Virus record (IMG/VR): IMGVR_UViG_3300012347_000312
Coordinates: 1-50,913 of that record
DNA length: 50,913 nucleotides
From: a virus
Taxonomy: Duplodnaviria; Caudoviricetes
Strand: one strand, 5' to 3'
In this document: piece by piece, positions 17,701-23,936 of the stretch
Layout: every line of letters begins with the position of its first letter
How positions within the stretch are numbered: the first letter of the stretch is position 1
Notes under the pieces: generated by a model
The model's database searches: none
What the model saw: the letters and a program-made list of their open reading frames with translations, nothing else
Told to the model about the DNA's origin: nothing
Translations under genes and position numbers: made by a program

Positions 17701-20073
17701 AGCTTTGATATCTGCATCCGATGCTGGTACTAGATTGATAATTGGTTCAGCAATCAGTGGTGCGACTGTGTCCGGGGTAATAAATTCAACAACATAAATT
17801 TTATTACGGACTGCTGGATCAGCATCGGCCGCAAAAATAACTCTAGAACCGTTGATAAACGAATATCCATCAATGCTATAACCCACACTACCGTTAATTG
17901 TGCTTAATGCATCTGTGGCAGCAAAATCAATAATATCAACTGGCTGTTTACCTTCTGTGCCGAAATCAAACAATCGAGTGCCTGCACGGAATTCAATGAT
18001 AGGGCGTTTGGCTCTAAAATTATTATCCAGCACTGGGACAATATTATTGTATTCTGCAGATGCATTAATAACATCAATGTGGAACCAACGGTTAGATCGT
18101 GTCCACGGATTAAGGTCAAGACTTGCTCGATTAATAGTAAGATAGTCTGGCACCAGCGGCTGGTTTAAACTTGCATCAAAGTTACCAACATCGTATCCAC
18201 GGCTATCATACGGAATAGATGCACTTTGAGTGTATGTTTCAGGAGTTACAAAATTTGCAACTGGTAGCAATTTAATTGCTGTGCCCACACCTTCAACATA
18301 ATAGCTGTTGTTTTGATAGCTTGCTGGTTCGACATTCCCAATGAAAGTAATTTTTAATCCGTTGGTAAACGCTACACCATTTGGGCTAGTATAATTTTTC
18401 TTGCCAATGATTTCGTTAACGTCTAGTGTCCCGGCATTTTGCTCATCAACAATTTGAATTCTACCAAAAATTTCTGGGTCGGTACCATCTTGGTAATACA
18501 AAGTTGACTTGACTGCGGTTAGAAGTGGCACTTGCTCAAATACGCCAACTGAATTTTTAAACCACTCGGTGCTCGAGTATTCAGCCCCAGACAAGATTGT
18601 AAACTTTTCAAGATTGTTTACTGTTGTTACAAGATTCAATTTAAGGTATTTGTTGCCACCTTGGGTTGTAACATAATTTATTTGCCATACACCGTAACGT
18701 TGTGTTGGATTAACAACGGTAGTCTGATCAAACAATGTAGTGTCATATGATCCGGGGAAGCCGTTATTGCTCGATGATTCGAGCAACGGATCAAATTGGG
18801 TAGTAATTTCCCAACCACCAGCTTCGGCATCAGATTGTTGTTCTAAGAATACAACTGTTTTGCCATCCAAGTTTGTAATGCCATCAATCCCAGTTGGGTT
18901 TTGAATTAAGAACTGATCAACAAACACATTGTTGATTTGATCAAACTTTAGCGAGGTAACCAAGTCAACGCCGTTGGTTGGTAAACTGCTGTTAATGTCA
19001 GTTAGTCCATAGTAAAAACTTTGTGCTGTTGCAGACGGAACATTAAAAGTTACTGTTCCTAGATCTTCTCCGTTATTGACAACGCCAAACACATCGCGGC
19101 CGCTGATATTAGGAGTAGCAATTAATTTGCCATCCACACCTGGATCAACTTGAATCCAGAATCCAGGTCCAGTGCCAGGCACAGCATCAACGATGTTTAA
19201 TGTGCCTTTGAGATTTCGCTGAATGTCGTTACAGTAATACAATGTATCCGGTGCATCTTGCGGAACTGTGAATGTAATTCGTCCGTTAACAGAACCGTTG
19301 TTTGTTACCCCATTGGTATATTGATTTGTTGTGCCTAACGTATCATTTGTTTTGATATAAAACGCATATTCATTTCTTGTTAGATTGAATACGTAGGTAT
19401 TTCCTCTAACCAGTGTTAGTGTTGGGTTATTTTGATAATCAATTACAAAAGAAGATATACCATCATTGGTCACGCGATAGTTAACTGTTTCTTTGGCATT
19501 TTGTGCTACATTAAAATTGTAGGTTCCGCCGCGCACCAAGCGAATAACTGGATTGTCACCGCTTTGGCCGCTGAATGTATAAACGCCATTTTCTCTGAGA
19601 ACATCAAATGTGTCAGTTAATGGTAACTGTCCTGCAAAAACATCCACTGAGTTAGGACCTGCAGGAATCCAGTAGTATTGACTAAAGTTTGAAAACTTGT
19701 CAAGATCAATGAACGGATCCCAAGTATAATAGTCGCTAGTGTATAATCTATCCGAGTTGTCTGTGAGGCCACCCGCTAATCCCATAGCGTCAGTGATACC
19801 CGGGTATGTAATAACATCCTTGACTTCGTTTGTGTCGTACTTCTTGATTACAACACCTGGCTCAAGTTGATAATTTGTTCTTACATCAGTTTCTTCTTTA
19901 ATGTATTCATCGTTGGGGTTAACACCTGGACCAACCCGACGACCAACAAATCCTTGCACTTTAGTAAATGCTGGTTCTTGTACTAGTTGATCTAACGTTG
20001 CTGCAAGAAATTGTTGATTCGTGGAAGTTTGAAAAATCTCAGGTAAAAATTCTACTGTTCTAACTCGTGCCAT
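5746..20073 (-). CDS. Giant (4775 aa) baseplate wedge / adhesin-like virion protein (gp7 position)
   Basis: Follows the gp6-like gene by 1 nt; starts with FLPEIFQT..N..FL..TLDQL; contains IREVKPYHVQIREF, seven FG-GAP-like repeats, W...Y..G..V.....W/Y motifs and many Ig-like beta segments. Confidence 0.8.
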   Translation of the reverse strand: MARVRTVEFLPEIFQTSTNQQFLAATLDQLVQEPAFTKVQGFVGRRVGPGVNPNDEYIKEETDVRTNYQLEPGVVIKKYDTNEVKDVITYPGITDAMGLAGGLTDNSDRLYTSDYYTWDPFIDLDKFSNFSQYYWIPAGPNSVDVFAGQLPLTDTFDVLRENGVYTFSGQSGDNPVIRLVRGGTYNFNVAQNAKETVNYRVTNDGISSFVIDYQNNPTLTLVRGNTYVFNLTRNEYAFYIKTNDTLGTTNQYTNGVTNNGSVNGRITFTVPQDAPDTLYYCNDIQRNLKGTLNIVDAVPGTGPGFWIQVDPGVDGKLIATPNISGRDVFGVVNNGEDLGTVTFNVPSATAQSFYYGLTDINSSLPTNGVDLVTSLKFDQINNVFVDQFLIQNPTGIDGITNLDGKTVVFLEQQSDAEAGGWEITTQFDPLLESSSNNGFPGSYDTTLFDQTTVVNPTQRYGVWQINYVTTQGGNKYLKLNLVTTVNNLEKFTILSGAEYSSTEWFKNSVGVFEQVPLLTAVKSTLYYQDGTDPEIFGRIQIVDEQNAGTLDVNEIIGKKNYTSPNGVAFTNGLKITFIGNVEPASYQNNSYYVEGVGTAIKLLPVANFVTPETYTQSASIPYDSRGYDVGNFDASLNQPLVPDYLTINRASLDLNPWTRSNRWFHIDVINASAEYNNIVPVLDNNFRAKRPIIEFRAGTRLFDFGTEGKQPVDIIDFAATDALSTINGSVGYSIDGYSFINGSRVIFAADADPAVRNKIYVVEFITPDTVAPLIAEPIINLVPASDADIKAEQTVVCLSGVIQQGKSFYFDGVEWLASQQKTQTNQAPLFNVYDVNNISLGDRVTYPSTNFVGSKLFSYAVGTGTDDTVLGFPLKYLSLSNVGDIVFANNLYADQFTYTKDSVSNTELISQGNVREYSTRTAYVKEIGWQPAAAKSIARQQFSFTYTGAPLVLDIPVDTTSVFPALQIYVSGIFVDPSDYTFTVSNDTTTIVINSNLIDGLGSSIEVDALSDLTSKYGFYQVPVNLENNPLNGNSKTFTLGTVRSHYESIGENLKGLTGKINGANNTRDLGNIIPYGENILQQSSPMTMAGYFMRSQEYNIFAALEYNSREYEKFKAQLLDTVTRNDYTNYTIPNMLTAAINDINTGKIETSPFYWSDMVPASSIYSQTVVKITPISTNVFDLSTTYDFTSSNYKGLLVYLNDTLLMINKDYTVSSDSPQLTITTTLSVGDTVTIREYASTNGNFVPNTPTKMGLYPAFRPRIYVDTNYITPQTMIQGHDGSLTAAFGDFRDDLLLEFETRIFNNLKVHSKIPVTAVDVIPGQFRTTDYTLNEINTILSTDFLSWIGWNKLNYQSQDYISTNEFTWNYSACGNKLTGPKEVPVPVGAWRGLYQFFYDTTSPNTTPWEMLGFSIEPTWWEDVYGAAPYTSDNLVLWDDLAAGKVADPAGEYYLPQYSRPRLTEVIPTGTEGELLSPFDSVIGSYDSSQFQKSWAVGDEGPVEYSWRRSSSYPFALMRLLALTRPAEFFALFADRDLYKFDTDYNQYLYNGRYRLDANGVQVYGLGTSKASFINWIVDYNQQTGVHTSENLTKDLASLDVRLCYRVGAFTDKQYLKIYTEKSSPNSLNSSLLLPDESYSLMLYKNQPFERIVYSSVIFQVVENGYAVYGYSITAPYFNTLVSKTYGTKTTISAGGQNITVPTQYTDEVVQVPYGYVFTNKTVVVDFLLSYGALLEQQGVVFSDRENGYSLNWNQMAQEFLYWANQGWEPGAVVNLNPTAFSLTATRPQAIIDSIVVQTPENSILDQNRTTVPVRNLVVDRNENIFKVSTLNEQTISYLDLKFTNYESIVVLDNTSVFNDLIYEPVTGARQSRVNVTAIINSDWNGQLDAQGFIFNNSATIEPWSSIKKYAKGEIVTYKNNYWSAQTIVQPKLEFDYSEWVKSDYTKIQKGLLQNLPNLSDQLANSYNTNNANLETDQDLVAFGLIGFRPREYMAALNLDDVSQVNVYKQFLKDKGTIRSVRLIGNAKTDKETAEYDLYENWAILRGTYGATANKSFVELRLNEALLLADPATIQIVDVGQESQADQQILLSDLWRQSYKIPTTDVFPTTTTPIQDSALPTAGYVNLDDVSLTVFSLDANLDLAPGVLDSIGVGTTIWAAKINAYDWGVFRCMPVPGSVEQVTSNLNSTAVVTFTGKHNLSLNDVIVIRNFASNVDGVHRVLSVPSANTVVIETPVARTITGKGVAVVLRTMRVAQASDVINLSYSNELGAGAKAWVDDNGSGLWQVLEKQTPFVQTVANSLPLDTPMYGAQFGSTVTQGNQNIIAAVGAPGYRTPYEESTPIGAVYPYLRDNSNRYAENTILNLGTTGTVGYGNAVDIGYQSWLAAGASASNNNMGYASAIFRAEDSNSFEQRQLLVAPDQDFSSGEFGYSVSVSKDERWMYIGAPANNKVYAFARQDVELQVSRHTTNGVTKIYSFANEIVIDPEYPEQLSVVYNNKLLAPGVDYSVTGTSVVLTVLPPAGQSVIIQRKQGQILDTATYYDISQDSTSGSGTGAVFTVTNTRGEYFVTITSLGEDYAISDTVTVDGSTLGTENSLPNAPTTPTNDLVLTVTGIDDNGGITAVTISGNGITNNYIFPISPYLYGIENIWSMSVTVNGVLQRPFIDYDFNTDSAEAFDIVFNTVPAAGTNIAVTAKTQFTFVDTLSVTGLSPIDRFGTSVAQTDSGRFVVVGAANTNTTANNSGASYVFSRGFVKYIVDDASQTTFELPAAFKDPAAVILNGQYLTNSAQYINGQYSVVGTDIILDSSVTLNVGDIIEIENNIFNLIQTVAAGTPSDNAGFGSSLDVCPTNCSLYIGSPTDSSVQARAGSVDRYVNQARLYGVITSTNVYPTLVPGGTILVSGFEVTLSTPETWDSLVEYAKGDFVITDGNIYEAIRTVPVPTQITNTAYWKPSSWVELLSSDINSANLPNITSSVRNGLITISVINSDAATEFNKLSVLPGITSTLFDDVGFDVYVHTQTITSPNPSVNAKFGSSLSISSDALTLIVGAPGGNTYEPVTFDDNTTVFDDRSTTFFSTVVEGGVVYSYDMLQSANSSIANPVKFVFGQQIYNSGVEPLDQFGTAVSYVSGRLLVGAPGSDLGDSSVNYGKVDIFENTTNRPAWYPIHVQEPTADVTLFNNVYMYNKLQSSKTQFLDYINPLQGKILGAARQNIDFIGSDDPAKYNAGPMNNNGNFWAEENVGKIWWDIRSSRFIDPNQNDIVYTSRRWGQLFPGSTVDIYQWVESAVPPASYSGPGTPLNAISYTVRTNLNQQGVFVTSYYFWVSGIDIINTTAGKTLSTTGIARYIENPRSSGISYIAPINSSTIALYNSIEYLSASDTIINIGFDRERNDDNIHTEYELIAQDNPDSFLSDNLYKKLQDSFCGVNAAGALVPDVTLSPAERYGVQFRPRQSMFVDRFNALNNYLTYSNSVLAQFPIAETRSFILLNSSEPEPTAASGEWNKRLNNIQELSYQNLYEVNVGYKYLIDSDSSNGGLWTIYTVVQGTDLVGAPRYTQLSRVQNYDTRKYWSYIDWFETGYNNTQVLVAEVPIYADLVTIELTIPVGASVKVTANSQNKWEIYQRVVDGWARVGLEDGTIAFSNVLWDYAAGRFGFDVEVFDVQYFDSEPVIETRKIIQAINEELFIDDLAIYRNKALILAFNYMLSEFEAPEWLTKTSLIDVNHKIRELLPFQIFRQDNQDFVLDYIREVKPYHVQIREFNLTYNGQDMYDGQMSDFDVPAYYDRLLDVPRYISPVLLPYTKSNAVGTGTPNGDSDAYSDSEIWTRWPWSQWYANYLLSIDSVNMIDGGTGYTEPPSVTVTGDCEVPAELEAVINSAGAVVAINVIEPGVGYSTTAVITITEGNGVGARAYAVMGNQLVRSVKTTIKYDRCEYTSTIVNWEANTTYAAGSLVRYEDQVWEADSTITAATFDPDFWTQVPADTLGAADRVQGYYAPTVNQPGVQLPLLIDGIEYPGVQVAGPDFNQNTGFDIGNFDINPYDNISYGPEGRATYDPAILDAIYESPYLDPFLGTRATDINVDGGAYIDTFSSFAPEELVPGAEFDTLDMRIYTRPGADWALNGHGFPTYGQAIEVDTVPAVFSFSDWYTQIPYLVGGTLTNRTTNVNLVPGVNYTVNWVSKTFTVTSGINPGDVLQGVAFGVGGGNQLYRNTYQGNEVGNSVTIPVAYSQLQEIDVWVNGQRYTNLTYAAGEGNTTVVTFATTFTINHVVTLYALGPTTIDGSTVNYSWSSPTTQFIVADGVTTLFALTNSLAYSNPANMIVGINGKRLRTPAGIEHYADGSSAYVLPDRLGFSQALISDNEVLVYVDDIPQTLGVDFTVDPYVGDTRQITFASPPAEGQRILIAVTTQTQARVTGGTSLYIDTTQGITPIAGDVISVATWNDTRQQDLITTVYVGPVTSGAVVTEGFDTTDYSPASVNNDPGSFDYTNGVTVTNNDLFMARPDTVPSRMAVTLNGYRLFFGDDFTVVNGEIILASSIGVIGVTDVVMITEFTNSQVPNEMAFRIFQDMRGVQATYRITSNSTTALTQTLGENDDVIYVDNASNLDEPDIAANIWGVLTIGGERIMYRNRDVGNNTVSSLRRGTAGTAIATHEADDIVYAMGRGEIMPAEFQNYIDSNYFLGDGSTVAFEATNITFSDTDSTLEVDAVEVWVGGTRVTDGYTITGATPVGVEFDTAPADGTGITILVRRGVNWYQPGINTPSDGVALQDTNTQAARFLRGL

Positions 20074-20074
20074 C

Positions 20075-23000
20075 TTATATTACTCCACTGCCCGGTGCTG
20101 TACGAAGGTTCGTACTTGTGAGGGCTTCAATCACATCAATGTTATTTACTGTCGCTGCATTCACGAAAATTTGACTTGGGGTTGATCTAATCTCGTACAA
20201 GTCGCCAAAACTCTTCTGTGAGTCTAATGGCACTAACACTATTGAGCTAACTACACCTGCTAAATTATCGTGTAGATATGCCGCCAGTTCCGAGAAGTAG
20301 AATGTGTTTCCAAAATCCCATTTGTCAATGCTAAAGTATTCATTCATGTATGTAACAACTAAATTTTTAATTTCGCTAATACTTGCTGTAGTGTTAGCTG
20401 CTTTGATAACTTTAATAGTTGCTCTTAAACTCTCGTCAGCTTTTTCGCCAAACAATGGTTTAAATTCAACTGAATTTAAAATTACAGTATCGGAGATCAT
20501 CTTGAAATCTTGCAGACCTTGGTAAGCTGTTGTCAGCTCATTGATCGTTGGCGGGGTTGGCTCAGGAACTGTGCCAGTCACGTCACGAATATAATTTTGG
20601 TAAGCGGTATAGTACTGAGAGGTCACAACATACAAGTCAATAATGTTGGTTGTACCTGGGTCAATTCTAGACGTCAATGGACTGTTGTGTCTGTACTGGA
20701 ACGATAAGTTTTGTCTACCAGTGCGAGCAATCCAACTTGTGCTAACGTTAAACAATGTTCTAACCCCAGTGACAATACTTACTGCCAATTCATAAAATGC
20801 AGATTCGGTAGTGGCATAAAACACTTGGCCGTTTGCATATTGTTCTTTGACCAGTTCAATAGAATCTTGTGTACCATATTCAGAATTCACGCGGCCGCTT
20901 TCGACCAATAGGTATCTTTCTAGATTATCAAAATCAACTGTCTTTTCTAAGAAAACTAATTTTGTTGTAGGGTCTACGCTCGGCGCAACAATGTCGTTGA
21001 AGAAGTCAGGATTATCAGGAACGCCATCGGCGTCACTATCTTTAAAACTTACAAGCACCTGGAAGTCGTCAACAAACCCATCGCTAAGAACAGGTTGGTC
21101 AACAATATCAAGTTTAATGTCTTCAGCTAATGGCAAAGCACTATCAGGTTTGCTATTTGTTTTTAACACATTAACAAAATCTTTGATCACTGTGCCAGTT
21201 CTGCTATCATATACTTGTTCAGCACCATAGAAGAAAAAACGATTTTGTAAGACAGAACCAAAGAAATATTCAAGTGCTCGTGAACTTACAGTATATGTGC
21301 TACCGTCTGTAACAAATTGAACTAGCCAGCTTGCATCTACTCCGGTACCTGCTGTGCTTCCAGCATTTGATAAACTAAAGTCAGCGCCTTGGGCCAAGTT
21401 AGTTGACGTAATCAAATACCAAGCGCCAGCTGTGCCTGTGATGTCTCCTTGGCTGTCATACCCAATGCCAAAATTTCTGTTTAATAAAATTTGTTCAGAC
21501 ATTAATTTTTCAAATTCAACTGTTAAGTCAGTAATAAAAATTGGAATGACCTCGGTGGCTATAGCGCCAGTGGGCACAAAGTTGTTTAATACAACAGGTC
21601 CGATTCCGCTAGGCAAGTTACCTTCGCCGTTGCTGGTTCCATCTAAGTAAACACTAGTAGGGCTTGCCCATATTACTAATTTTTCATCAGCACGAGTTGG
21701 GACACCAGCTTTGAGTCTGTTGTTGGCGTCAAAGTAATATCCTGCCGGCGGCTCAAATTTAATCAAACTGCCAACTATAATATATTTTTTATTATCAGCG
21801 GTATACGGACCAACTGGCACAGGGTTGCCAAGATTGTTTTTAAAATATCCAGTTGTTGTATTGGAAATTGTGGTACTTTGGTTCCAGCTTACTATTAAAC
21901 TAGTTAAACTAGGTCTTGGGAATTCAGCATAGTAAAATTGCTGCATTAAACTTGCACGTAGAATAGGCTGAATTCTATTACTGATAACGTTTGCAACTTC
22001 GTTGCTAGTTGAGTAAGTGAACTGGAACGCTGGCAATGCATAGTTCTCATATAGCGCACCGTCGCTAGAAAAATTGTTAGTAGATGCATATTTTCCAGTG
22101 CCATCCACTAACTCTAAATATCTACTTGTACCAATGCTTGCACGGTTTAATGCTTTAGATTTTATGATTGAGTTATAAGCAGTAAACGGAAAGTTGTTGT
22201 AGTCTTCGCCGTTAACCATACGGTTTTGTGTATAATAACGAGCAGGGGCACGTTGCTTAATCTCGTCAATTGTTTCACGTGGTTGAGCATTAGATACTGG
22301 ATTTGTGATACCACAAGTAAATGTTATTGTCTCTAATTGTCCTGTGCGACTGATGTAGCTGATTGGAATCACTACACTTTGCATTTCTTCAGGATTGATG
22401 ATATACTGTAATCCATTGGAAGCACGAACATAAGCTCTGAAAGTTCCAACTGGGATGGCAGAGAATACGCCATCGCCAAAGTTTAATGTGACTTGATCAT
22501 TGGTTCTGCTTGTGATTGAGAATAGTTTTCTAACACCAGGTTCAGTTTGTTCAGCAGCAGCGGCATAAACGCTTTCAACATATTTCCACTCTGACGCTAC
22601 TGATCCAACATCATCCAGCTGATACAACCAATGGTCGTCGTTGTTGCATCCTTCGATGTTGATAGGAACAGCTCTGTTGCTAACACGGTCAGCTAAGTTA
22701 AAGTCTTGGCTTTGCAAGACCCCTTGTTTAAACAAGAAGAAATAACCTGTGTTTGCCGAGTTGAATCCCAAAGAGTCGTTACGGAATAAAATGTTGAATT
22801 CACCGTTGGGCTGTGGGCTTGGTTCGTAGATATATTCCTTGTTTACTGAAGTAGCATTCACTGCTTCAAACGGCATGCTTACTCCATCAACAACTGCGGT
22901 ATAAGGAATAACTGGCAGATAACCTGTAACTAAGTTAACAGTATATTCCGATGTGTCAACGCCCAAAATTTCAGTTCTGTTACCTGGACGTCCAATACGC

Positions 23001-23503
23001 TGGCTGCTCACTAGACTGGCATTAACGATAGCAGAGAATTGCTCTTGCCAGTTAAAGTTAGTTGGATCGGCCCAATTAACTGTAACGTTAGCTAAGTTGA
23101 TACCGTTTACGTCTGTGACATTTTCTGTTGTAGTTACAGAAAAAACTTTAAGGTAGCCAGAAGCAGATGTGTTACGCTTGGGTGTATAGCTTACTAAGTT
23201 TGCTAATTTTACAACACTGTCGCGACGCTCTGCTGTGTCAATATAGCTCTCTCTAGTGTTTAAGTCGTTGCGGAAAGCCAACGACTGGCCCATAAACGCA
23301 ATAACGTCGAGCAATGCGATAAATTCCGAACTTTCAATGTAATCGTTGAAAGTTTCAGGGTAGTATAAACGTAGATAGTCTACAAAACTTTTACGTAATG
23401 TTTCAAAGTCGTAGCTTTGAAAGTCCGCTTCGCGGTAAGTTTGGTAGATTCTTTTCCAATCCTCTACACCGAAAATAGCAGTTTGTCTAGTAGTCTTAGC
23501 CAT
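20075..23503 (-). CDS. gp6: Baseplate wedge subunit, T4 gp6-like (extended)
   Basis: DFQSYDFETLRKSFVDYL...FNDYIESSEFIALLDVIA...YIDTAERRDSVVKLANLVSY; FGDGVF; ETIDEIKQRAPARYYTQNRMVNGEDY (baseplate J/gp6 signatures). Confidence 0.85.
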   Translation of the reverse strand: MAKTTRQTAIFGVEDWKRIYQTYREADFQSYDFETLRKSFVDYLRLYYPETFNDYIESSEFIALLDVIAFMGQSLAFRNDLNTRESYIDTAERRDSVVKLANLVSYTPKRNTSASGYLKVFSVTTTENVTDVNGINLANVTVNWADPTNFNWQEQFSAIVNASLVSSQRIGRPGNRTEILGVDTSEYTVNLVTGYLPVIPYTAVVDGVSMPFEAVNATSVNKEYIYEPSPQPNGEFNILFRNDSLGFNSANTGYFFLFKQGVLQSQDFNLADRVSNRAVPINIEGCNNDDHWLYQLDDVGSVASEWKYVESVYAAAAEQTEPGVRKLFSITSRTNDQVTLNFGDGVFSAIPVGTFRAYVRASNGLQYIINPEEMQSVVIPISYISRTGQLETITFTCGITNPVSNAQPRETIDEIKQRAPARYYTQNRMVNGEDYNNFPFTAYNSIIKSKALNRASIGTSRYLELVDGTGKYASTNNFSSDGALYENYALPAFQFTYSTSNEVANVISNRIQPILRASLMQQFYYAEFPRPSLTSLIVSWNQSTTISNTTTGYFKNNLGNPVPVGPYTADNKKYIIVGSLIKFEPPAGYYFDANNRLKAGVPTRADEKLVIWASPTSVYLDGTSNGEGNLPSGIGPVVLNNFVPTGAIATEVIPIFITDLTVEFEKLMSEQILLNRNFGIGYDSQGDITGTAGAWYLITSTNLAQGADFSLSNAGSTAGTGVDASWLVQFVTDGSTYTVSSRALEYFFGSVLQNRFFFYGAEQVYDSRTGTVIKDFVNVLKTNSKPDSALPLAEDIKLDIVDQPVLSDGFVDDFQVLVSFKDSDADGVPDNPDFFNDIVAPSVDPTTKLVFLEKTVDFDNLERYLLVESGRVNSEYGTQDSIELVKEQYANGQVFYATTESAFYELAVSIVTGVRTLFNVSTSWIARTGRQNLSFQYRHNSPLTSRIDPGTTNIIDLYVVTSQYYTAYQNYIRDVTGTVPEPTPPTINELTTAYQGLQDFKMISDTVILNSVEFKPLFGEKADESLRATIKVIKAANTTASISEIKNLVVTYMNEYFSIDKWDFGNTFYFSELAAYLHDNLAGVVSSIVLVPLDSQKSFGDLYEIRSTPSQIFVNAATVNNIDVIEALTSTNLRTAPGSGVI

Positions 23504-23548
23504 AGTAGTCCATTATTCCTTTATTTATGGCTACTAAAAACGGCTCAG

Positions 23549-23923
23549 TTAAACATAACTTGCGCTTCGTGAATTTTGATCAAAAAAGATTGCCAGTCGC
23601 TCCGGCTCTGTACTAGGGACTAACAGTATTTCAATTTGTATGAGTATTCCATTTTCCTGAGGGAACACTTCGACTTGCGATATTTGTAATCTTGGGTCGC
23701 CACCGGCTACTCGTTGTACTTCGTTAATAATAGATTGTTCTGTTTCACTTGACTGATTGTCAAACAAACTATCCCACAATATTGTACCAACTTGCGGTCT
23801 TCCAGGAACTTGACCTTGACGGATATTAAGAGCGTTCAGCAAGTCGCGTTTAATCAACGCTGAATCTGTCAACGTAAACTTCTTGAACTGTCCTTGTGTA
23901 TTAAAACCAATAAATGCAGGCAT
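23549..23923 (-). CDS. gp25: Baseplate wedge subunit / sheath initiator, gp25-like
   Basis: 124 aa; IKRDLLNALNIRQGQVPGRPQVGTILWDSLFD...DPRL; lies between gp5-like and gp6-like genes. Confidence 0.85.
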   Translation of the reverse strand: MPAFIGFNTQGQFKKFTLTDSALIKRDLLNALNIRQGQVPGRPQVGTILWDSLFDNQSSETEQSIINEVQRVAGGDPRLQISQVEVFPQENGILIQIEILLVPSTEPERLAIFFDQNSRSASYV

Positions 23924-23928
23924 GTGTA

Positions 23929-23936
23929 TATTTACC
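23929..23936 (-). promoter_or_regulatory. Late promoter-like box GGTAAATA
   Basis: GGTAAATA-tacac-ATG of the gp25-like gene. Confidence 0.55.
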
